A stretch of 23,281 nt of DNA from Candidatus Poseidoniaceae archaeon (lineage in GTDB: Archaea; Thermoplasmatota; Poseidoniia; Poseidoniales; Poseidoniaceae): NCBI GenBank assembly GCA_965662895.1, contig CBFIJH010000019.1, positions 1 to 23,281 on the forward strand, written 5' to 3'. Positions 1 through 6,284 of the stretch are shown here, piece after piece (the stretch's first letter is position 1; every line of letters starts with the position of its first letter). A model generated the notes under the pieces. The model did not search any database and was not told where the DNA came from. It saw only the letters and a list, made by a program, of their open reading frames with translations. The translations under genes and the position numbers were made by a program.

Positions 1-24
1 CTGATGATTATAGGGTCTAAGCAC

Positions 25-61
25 AAGCCCAATGATTCGTTTTGACCCAATCATTGGGCTT
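25..61. repeat. Perfect 13-bp inverted repeat (hairpin)
   Basis: AAGCCCAATGATT (25-37) and AATCATTGGGCTT (49-61) are exact reverse complements with an 11-nt loop. Confidence 0.85.
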
Positions 62-84
62 TGTCATAGCCTAGCGTTAGCACC

Positions 85-142
85 GACTCACTGCAAACCC
101 TTTGATTTGCTATTTCCTGAGCAATGGGTATTCGGACATACC
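85..142 (-). repeat. Intergenic palindromic element, copy A
   Basis: 47/58 identity, ungapped, with 610-667. Minus-strand core TACCCATTGC-N14-ATCAAAGGGTTT-GCAGTG. Confidence 0.85.
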
Positions 143-207
143 ATCCCAAATTGACAACTGTGTTTATTCGATTCTCAAACTAATGTTCTGAATACTCGGT
201 TTCTCAA

Positions 208-483
208 TCACTCAGAAACTGGAAAGTAGAATGGACCATAATCCCAAGTCATTATTCCATGATAGAACAAAGATGAGAAAGCACTCACTAAGATGAAAAT
301 AATGCCTAAAACAAAAAGTAACCAATTTTCTTCCTTGTATTCAGAGATCGCCCTTTCTAAGGAGGAGAAAATTGCTGCAATACAAAATAGAAGCCCAATC
401 ACTGAATTGAAATCGGTCATGACTGCTGTGAAAACTGCAAAACAAAGAAGAAGAATTGTAAAGCCGAAATGTTGAATCGCCAT
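208..483 (-). CDS. Small integral membrane protein (about 3 TM helices), unknown function
   Basis: 91-aa ORF with three hydrophobic stretches; TATA-like TAATTATATA about 25-30 nt upstream of the ATG. Confidence 0.65.
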   Translation of the reverse strand: MAIQHFGFTILLLCFAVFTAVMTDFNSVIGLLFCIAAIFSSLERAISEYKEENWLLFVLGIIFILVSAFSSLFYHGIMTWDYGPFYFPVSE

Positions 484-609
484 TGCAACATTCTTACTTT
501 AGGCCTGTATATAATTAGCGCCTACAGAGAAGCGTCATCCAACACAAAACGTCTACACACGAGGAAATTGGTTGTATTGGTATACTGCTACGAGGGTAGG
601 GATGTACAT

Positions 610-667
610 GACCCACTGCAAGCCCATAGATTGGTTCATACCTGAGCAATGGGTATTCGGATAGACC
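610..667 (-). repeat. Intergenic palindromic element, copy B
   Basis: Shares the exact 21-mer CCTGAGCAATGGGTATTCGGA with copy A. Minus-strand arms ACCCATTGC/GCAGTGGGT pair over 9 bp with one G-T. Confidence 0.85.
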
Positions 668-694
668 CTTTGATTCAATCCTGAAACGATTAGA

Positions 695-1171
695 CTAGGG
701 CCCGCCCCATTCTGATAAGCCTCCAAGACTCCCTCCCCCATAGCCTCCAATGTCTCCAAGAACTAGATAGACAACAATCCAATACATCATTCCTACAACA
801 ATGAAAAATACAATTGTGTAGCCGTTTTTTCCTTTATTTCCAACCAGCATAAAAGGTAATGCTATTATTAGAAGTATAGGAGAGGCGCAGCAGAAAAACA
901 TACTTTCTGCATTGGGTGCAATTATTATTGATAAGAAGGACAGAACTATCAGTATAAAACTAAAGGTATTGGCATCACTCGAGGGTTTTTCGTTGGGGAA
1001 GTCGATAGTTTTCGTTGCCTCGCCATTCTCAATCTTTTCCCATTTCGATCCATCTTCATTCAATTGTAATCCTTGTTCTCGCATTATGAAAAGTATCCTT
1101 TCTCTTTCATCAGAATCAACATCAATTGACTCTTTGCTCGAACTAACTCTCATTGTCTGGTTATCATCCAA
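695..1171 (-). CDS. Membrane protein: soluble acidic N-terminus, 3 TM helices, Gly-rich tail
   Basis: 158-aa ORF with three C-terminal hydrophobic segments ending GGYGGGSLGGLSEWGGP. The ORF track start codon is TTG. Confidence 0.65.
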   Translation of the reverse strand: MDDNQTMRVSSSKESIDVDSDERERILFIMREQGLQLNEDGSKWEKIENGEATKTIDFPNEKPSSDANTFSFILIVLSFLSIIIAPNAESMFFCCASPILLIIALPFMLVGNKGKNGYTIVFFIVVGMMYWIVVYLVLGDIGGYGGGSLGGLSEWGGP

Positions 1172-1239
1172 TGACTTACATTACATTATCGCCTCCAAAA
1201 TTAGAACTTAAAGAAGTAATAAGAGGCACAGAAAAGATA

Positions 1240-1308
1240 CACTGCGATTCCTTTGATAGGGCGTTTTTGCAAAGGGCCCCCTTTGATAACCCCTCTTGGC
1301 AGTGGGTA
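1240..1308 (-). repeat. Intergenic palindromic element, copy C (longer spacer with inner hairpin)
   Basis: Minus strand TACCCACTGC-N41-ATCAAAGGAATC-GCAGTG; inner hairpin CAAAGGG-CC-CCCTTTG at 1270-1285. Begins 8 nt after the stop of the TauD-like gene. Confidence 0.65.
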
Positions 1309-1316
1309 GTCTCTGT

Positions 1317-1985
1317 TCAGCCCCTGTGTTCTACATATTTCTCAATTTTTTCCGCCCCTATCCAATATCGTTTGAGTAAGCGATTTGAATTGTCTTCCAA
1401 GGCTGTTCGGCCATGAAGCATACGCCTGTTATCAATAACTAAACATTCTCCAGGTTTGAGTTTGAGTTGTATTGTTTTAGCAAACCTCACCGCTTCGTTA
1501 AAGGTATCAAAAGCCTCTTGTTGCTTGATAGATAAATCCTCATTCACTAACCAGAAGGCAGTTGGTTCAAACAAAACAGAATAATATATCCTGTCACCCA
1601 AAGGAGTTTCATAAATTAAAGGATGATAACCAACATCGTCTTTGAAAACCAAGTGCTCCTTCAGATGAATAGTTCGAAGAATCTCTTGAACATCTGAAGG
1701 CATTAAACTAAAAACGCGTAACCCATCAATCATTGTCGAATGCCCACCACGTTGATCTTGGACTAAGCAGTGCCACAAAATGTAGTGGGACAAATGGTGA
1801 TCCGTGTGAGGGGGTAGCCTTTCAGAAGATGTTACCAAAGCAGGAGTATGCTGTTGTACCAATACATCGTTTTCCAAGATGATAAAGCCAAGTTGAGTTA
1901 TCACATCCTCGATATCTGAATCATGATTGGAAAACCGACTCCATCCTTGGGAAGCCAAATCCGCCAATATTCCATCAATCGCCAT
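1317..1985 (-). CDS. TauD/TfdA-like (clavaminate synthase-like) Fe(II)/2-oxoglutarate dioxygenase
   Basis: HxD motif (LPPHTD), GGxSxxxDG, and C-terminal LKPGECLVIDNRRMLHGR...R carrying the third iron ligand and the 2OG-binding Arg. Confidence 0.85.
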   Translation of the reverse strand: MAIDGILADLASQGWSRFSNHDSDIEDVITQLGFIILENDVLVQQHTPALVTSSERLPPHTDHHLSHYILWHCLVQDQRGGHSTMIDGLRVFSLMPSDVQEILRTIHLKEHLVFKDDVGYHPLIYETPLGDRIYYSVLFEPTAFWLVNEDLSIKQQEAFDTFNEAVRFAKTIQLKLKPGECLVIDNRRMLHGRTALEDNSNRLLKRYWIGAEKIEKYVEHRG

Positions 1986-2026
1986 TGCTTCGCAACAATT
2001 ATATTCTCATTTATTTATGTCGCTAC
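1986..2026. promoter_or_regulatory. Probable bidirectional archaeal promoter, leaderless
   Basis: Only 41 bp between divergent ATGs (1985 and 2027). AT boxes AATTATATT and ATTTATTTAT lie about 25 nt from each start. Confidence 0.5.
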
Positions 2027-2467
2027 ATGGCACAAGTAGTAACTGTTGACCTTCGAGATAGAGCCAAGCGTTCAGAAAACTTCCCTGAAAATTGGACTGA
2101 TGGAATGTTGGATGAAGCAATCCAACGATATGAAAAATTCCTTCTTCTAGCTGCAAAACATCCTGATGAGCCTATTGCACCGACTAGAGATATTGATGAG
2201 ATTTGGCACCTCCATATGCTCAGCCCCGTCGCATATCATAGGGACTGTATCACACTGATGGGTAAAATTCTCGATCACGACGGCGGATTTGGCGCAGTTC
2301 CAGAGGAAATGCCTAAACTTGAAGAGACATTCATGAATACTGCAAAATTGTGGGAAAACGAGTACGGTAATTCATATGTTGGAAATCCTGAAACTCAATT
2401 AGATGATAATATGAAGAAATGTTGGCACAATTGTGTAAGTAGATGTCACAATGCTTGCAAATCTTGA
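2027..2467 (+). CDS. DUF1399/glycine-rich-domain (GRDP)-like protein with C-terminal CxxxCxxxCxxxC tail
   Basis: Motif AIxRYxKFLxL...PTxDIDEIWHLHMLSPxxYxxDC...GxILDH is typical of DUF1399-like proteins. Ends CWHNCVSRCHNACKS. ATG 2027 preferred over TTG 1985. Confidence 0.75.
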   Translation: MAQVVTVDLRDRAKRSENFPENWTDGMLDEAIQRYEKFLLLAAKHPDEPIAPTRDIDEIWHLHMLSPVAYHRDCITLMGKILDHDGGFGAVPEEMPKLEETFMNTAKLWENEYGNSYVGNPETQLDDNMKKCWHNCVSRCHNACKS

Positions 2468-2477
2468 TTATTGAAGC

Positions 2478-2539
2478 CATTACGTATCCTTTGAAATAGG
2501 TGAAAGTCCCACTGGTTAAGTAGTACGAATCAGGGGGTA
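2478..2539 (-). repeat. Intergenic element, degenerate copy D at the island/core boundary
   Basis: Minus strand TACCCCCTGA-N34-TTCAAAGGATAC-GTAATG, with the same block order and orientation as copies A-C; just downstream of the purP stop. Confidence 0.4.
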
Positions 2540-2567
2540 CCCTTTGCTCAAGCATCCTGTCATTTAA

Positions 2568-3725
2568 TCAGGTTAGAACTTCGAGTAAGCGATCTTGTTC
2601 AGCAGCCATTCGAAGTTCCATGGCAATTCGTCGTCCACTGGACATTGGCTTGCGCCAGAGAGCGTTTCCGTAGGGATGGCCGACGTTTAGGTGGACGTTT
2701 GTACCTCCGCCGAGTCGGGGAGCGACATCATAAATCCAGTAATTCATGTCTTTGTCGATGCAGGTTTGAAGACAAAATGGTCCGATGATTCCTGGGTCGT
2801 AATGTTCCTTGCTTGCTTTGATGAATTTCTCACCAAGTTCGAAGGCCTTCTCAAGCAAGGATTCACGAATCGTTGCTGTGTTGTGGCCAACCACTGTCAT
2901 CTCAGGAATCTTTTGATGAGCAGGCATCGTCATTTGCTGTGGTGCTGGAAGTCGGACATGTCCATCCAAAGAGGACTCAAATCGCCAATCTACACCTAGA
3001 AGTTCCAATCTCTCTCCTTCATCCGCAAGTGGGCTGTAGAAGAAGTTCAGGTTGAAGACGGGTCCAATGACATAGCGCTCAATTCGTGCTCCATCGAGAG
3101 ATGCTTGATCGATGATACCATCCTTGAGAAGGACTTCTGATTTTTCTTTGTATTCTGCATACGATGCGCACGTGAAGAAACCGCGTTCGAGTTTCTTTTG
3201 TGCATGGTGAAGTTTGACGATGACGAGGCAATCGATATCTTCTGGATTGTCGATCGCCTCTGGATAAGGAAGTCCTGCTTTATCGAGAATCCAATAGTAA
3301 TCTTGTTCCTCGGTTCGTTCTTCCATTCGTAACATGTTTCGAGATCCGAAGAGTGGGATCTTGAATTTATTTTCTACATCTTCAATCGATGAATAGGATG
3401 TAAAGGATCTGTTTGGAATGTAGACTACGTTTCGTTTCCTCATCTCCAACTGCATTGATTCATTCATGACATCGTTGAACGATGGCATCACAATTGCTTT
3501 GTCGACCATTCCTCGAAGGACGCGTCCGGAACTTGAGCGCTTGGTCTTGAAGTAATCTGCGTACGTCTTGTGCCGTCCTTCTTGACAATAAGCAACGGTT
3601 GGAAATCCTTCCTCGATCCCACCATCGCATATATCCAAAGCTGAGTGCGATGCAGTCATTCCAATTCGGAGTTTCATCCGATCGTATTCCTCAATGATTT
3701 CTGCAATATCATCCCGTTGAAGCAT
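2568..3725 (-). CDS. purP: PurP-family formate--phosphoribosylaminoimidazolecarboxamide ligase (ATP-grasp)
   Basis: ASHSALDICDG..EEGFPT, IPNRSF, LERGFF, GPFCLQ, DVAPRLGGGTN, MSSGRRIAMEL. Start set at the ATG of MLQRDDI. Confidence 0.9.
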   Translation of the reverse strand: MLQRDDIAEIIEEYDRMKLRIGMTASHSALDICDGGIEEGFPTVAYCQEGRHKTYADYFKTKRSSSGRVLRGMVDKAIVMPSFNDVMNESMQLEMRKRNVVYIPNRSFTSYSSIEDVENKFKIPLFGSRNMLRMEERTEEQDYYWILDKAGLPYPEAIDNPEDIDCLVIVKLHHAQKKLERGFFTCASYAEYKEKSEVLLKDGIIDQASLDGARIERYVIGPVFNLNFFYSPLADEGERLELLGVDWRFESSLDGHVRLPAPQQMTMPAHQKIPEMTVVGHNTATIRESLLEKAFELGEKFIKASKEHYDPGIIGPFCLQTCIDKDMNYWIYDVAPRLGGGTNVHLNVGHPYGNALWRKPMSSGRRIAMELRMAAEQDRLLEVLT

Positions 3726-3780
3726 GACTCTCAGCCTCTTCCTGTTAATCACGGTCTTTGATACAATCGATGCAATGGTT

Positions 3781-4695
3781 TCAATCGAACCGTTGCAATT
3801 CCATCAGTTCCTCTGTGGTGAGCGTGTCTCCAGACATCAACTTGCTCATCAAATCTTGGACTTCAACACGGGCCGTTGGACGTGCACCTTCGCCTGCTTC
3901 TGCACTGCGTCGAGCACGCATCATGTCTTGAATCGAGTGGAGGCATCGAAGCGATACGATGTAGAATCGATGCGCTTTGTCCGCCTCTTGTTTTGTGTTT
4001 CTCAATTCGCGATGCTTTGAATTCGCTCGCTCACGTTGTTTGTTGACTTCCTTGTCCCACTGAATCATCAAATCGTGTGCTTCTTGTGCAGCAGCAGCAG
4101 CTTCTTGAACAGCATGATGTGCTTCATCGTGCTCTTTTCGAGCAGCATTGAGTTCCTCATTTTCACTCGATTCGCTCGACATTGATTCCTGGTCTTTCTT
4201 CATCTGTCGGATTTTTGCGTTGAGTTCTTTCAACCGCTTCATGACTTTTCCTTCGTTTTTGCCTGTGTGTTCGCCTCGTTCGAACTCACGCTCAAGGCGA
4301 CTGAACTCTCGTTGCAGTGATTGAAGTGTCACTGGACGTTCACGACGTCCTCTTTGTCCGCGTTCAGCAGGCTTCTCTTCGGGTTGATCAGCACGCAACT
4401 TGTCTCGGATTTCTGCGACTCTCTTGCTGGCTTCATTACGAATTCCTTTCTTCTCTCGAACAAGTTGGTTCATCTGTTCACGAACTTGCTTTTGTTGCTC
4501 CGAGAGTTGAATCAATTCTCGAACTTCAGAGTTGAACTCGTTTCGTTGCGAGACCAATTCCTTGGTTTTTTCATTCCACGAATCGCGTTCCTCACGGTAT
4601 TGCGTTGCCTTTCCGTCTAGAATGTTGCGTCGTTCTTCAAAGAGTTGCTTGAAATCATCCATGGTCTTCACTCTCGTTCTGTGGAACATCGACAT
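3781..4695 (-). CDS. Archaeal coiled-coil protein (COG1340-like)
   Basis: Long E/K/R heptads with RDxxN, ADxxH repeats and the C-terminal SGDTLTTEELMELQ signature. Confidence 0.8.
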   Translation of the reverse strand: MSMFHRTRVKTMDDFKQLFEERRNILDGKATQYREERDSWNEKTKELVSQRNEFNSEVRELIQLSEQQKQVREQMNQLVREKKGIRNEASKRVAEIRDKLRADQPEEKPAERGQRGRRERPVTLQSLQREFSRLEREFERGEHTGKNEGKVMKRLKELNAKIRQMKKDQESMSSESSENEELNAARKEHDEAHHAVQEAAAAAQEAHDLMIQWDKEVNKQRERANSKHRELRNTKQEADKAHRFYIVSLRCLHSIQDMMRARRSAEAGEGARPTARVEVQDLMSKLMSGDTLTTEELMELQRFD

Positions 4696-4823
4696 ATGCC
4701 ACAGACAACCGACCTACAACGTCCATATAACCCCTTCACTCCATTCGATACAATTGCTTGTTGTGGAAATCAATGGAAAGTAATGTTGAAAATCCTTTAG
4801 GAGAGTAGCACACCGGTGAGGAC

Positions 4824-5507
4824 ATGCTGCTTGGTGGGATGCAAGGGATGGAACGTGTCGTGCAGTCTGACATCCAAACTCCGTACATCAGTTTGGTTAC
4901 GGGCCCCCCTGGTTCTATGAAATCCTCATTTTGTTTGACCTTGTTGACCAATCACCTTCACCGAACGGGTGAATTTGGATTGTATTGCACCGTTGAAGAG
5001 ACGGTTGACTCGCTCATGCGGGGTGCATCGAGTCTTGGGCTTCAGTTGCCGATGAATCTCCAAGTCACCGATTTCACGGAACTTCGGCGCGAGAACGAGG
5101 ACATGGACTACCTGAAATTTACGCGAAAAATGATAGAGCACTTCAAACAAACACACGGCGATCGATTCACAACGTTTGTTCTCGATTCTCTGGGAGCCAT
5201 CTATTCGCTAACAACCGTCGATGAAGCGATGCGCAAGAAGATGTTCTCCTTCTTTGATTTTCTTCGGTCCATGAATCTCAATGTTTTCCTCATTACCGAA
5301 CGCAATCTTGGAACGCATGCTGAGTTGCAGGGCAATGAGGGCTTTCTTGCTGATGCAGTCATCAACATGGGAATGGATCATCGAAACGGTAAGTTGGTTC
5401 GAACCATGCAAATTGAAAAAATGCGACATGTTCGTCACGCTATGGAAAAACAAGCTGTCGATGTTGGTCCTCATGGCATGGTCGTACTTGGCCCATTATT
5501 CGATTGA
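4824..5507 (+). CDS. KaiC/RAD55-like RecA-superfamily ATPase, single domain
   Basis: Walker A GPPGSMKS, catalytic EE (TVEE), Walker B FVLDS, FLADAVI, IEKMRHVRH; SD-like GGTGAGG before the ATG. Confidence 0.88.
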   Translation: MLLGGMQGMERVVQSDIQTPYISLVTGPPGSMKSSFCLTLLTNHLHRTGEFGLYCTVEETVDSLMRGASSLGLQLPMNLQVTDFTELRRENEDMDYLKFTRKMIEHFKQTHGDRFTTFVLDSLGAIYSLTTVDEAMRKKMFSFFDFLRSMNLNVFLITERNLGTHAELQGNEGFLADAVINMGMDHRNGKLVRTMQIEKMRHVRHAMEKQAVDVGPHGMVVLGPLFD

Positions 5508-5738
5508 ACCGAGAAGTCGATCAATTGCTCCTAGATTGGCATTGGCCCTCGATTGGATAAGGATGATTTTTGAATTCTTACGAAAGAACACCGCACAACC
5601 TTTCTTTCCAACAAGCGTCATCTTCTTTCTTGAACCAAGCAAATCCTGAATGTTTTGAAATGGCCCGTTGGGTTCAAGGATTTGGACAGACGTAGTGTCT
5701 GGAAGTTGCCGTAAGCCAGCGAGAATGGATTCTTCCAC
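5496..5738 (-). CDS. Small hypothetical protein
   Basis: 80-aa ORF with GTG start 3 nt after the GNAT stop, filling the gap at the end of the minus-strand operon. Confidence 0.55.
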   Translation of the reverse strand: MEESILAGLRQLPDTTSVQILEPNGPFQNIQDLLGSRKKMTLVGKKGCAVFFRKNSKIILIQSRANANLGAIDRLLGSIE

Positions 5739-5741
5739 GTC

Positions 5742-6284
5742 TCAGACTTTATGCTTGGGTGTATCATTGTTTGGATGAAATTGTTGAAGTCCACCACGCA
5801 TCATGTATCCCATACCTTGTCGGTAATAACCGTGCAACTCCTGCATAATTTCCAAACCTCTGTTTCTATAGAATGTGATTGCACGATGATTTGATGCCCG
5901 AACTTCCAATTGAACCCTACGATATCCCTTTGCCCAAAGTGTGTCAACCATCTCGTTCCAAACAACAGAACCCCAGCCTTTTCCGCGAGAACCCGAGTCG
6001 AGTACAAACGACACGATTCGAACGATATCATCCTTGAACGGTGTTGTCCATAACAGTCCGCGCATCGAACTAGGCACCGATTCAGTCGAATCAAAAAGCA
6101 TGAAGTTCCCTTCCCAATCTGGAACAGGCAAGGATTGAATCGATCCGAGGAAGTATTCTTCTCCTGTACCTTCAAGAAACAGTTGTTGGATTGTTTGAAT
6201 CCATTCGATGGGAAGTTGTTCAGGAGAGGGGCTGTGTCGCCATCCCTCGTCCAATGCATCACTTCCTCGATTGTTTTCGTCCAC
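5742..6284 (-). CDS. GNAT acetyltransferase (RimI/Ard1-like)
   Basis: Motif A SRGKGWGS and LEVRASNHRAITFYRNRG...GYY. True start probably GTG 6284 or TTG 6254, not 6419. Confidence 0.85.
   Translation of the reverse strand: MDENNRGSDALDEGWRHSPSPEQLPIEWIQTIQQLFLEGTGEEYFLGSIQSLPVPDWEGNFMLFDSTESVPSSMRGLLWTTPFKDDIVRIVSFVLDSGSRGKGWGSVVWNEMVDTLWAKGYRRVQLEVRASNHRAITFYRNRGLEIMQELHGYYRQGMGYMMRGGLQQFHPNNDTPKHKV

Noticed and set aside
1-60. CTGATGA as a hammerhead ribozyme core or C/D box
   Set aside because: No stem II followed by GAAA and no properly spaced CTGA D box; upstream context is cut by the window edge.
553-759. 68-aa minus-strand ORF through copy B
   Set aside because: It overlaps the 158-aa gene, and the equivalent frame in copy A hits TGA where B has TGG; likely incidental.
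85-2539. Repeats as a CRISPR array or canonical integron attC sites
   Set aside because: Copies are 0.5-1.2 kb apart and diverged, no cas genes are present, and the RYYYAAC/GTTRRRY core is absent.
2538-2552. TACCCTTTGCTCAAG as an inverted copy of the element (13/15 match to TACCCATTGCTCAGG)
   Set aside because: The other two blocks do not follow on this strand; it is more simply the other arm of a local palindrome at copy D.
3781-4695. SMC/Rad50 or phosphoserine phosphatase annotation for the coiled-coils
   Set aside because: No Walker motifs, hinge, zinc hook or HAD DxDxT motif in any of them.
4824-5507. Circadian kaiC or recombinase radA
   Set aside because: Single domain, no kaiB, and no RadA N-terminal HhH domain; it is a generic archaeal KaiC-like ATPase.
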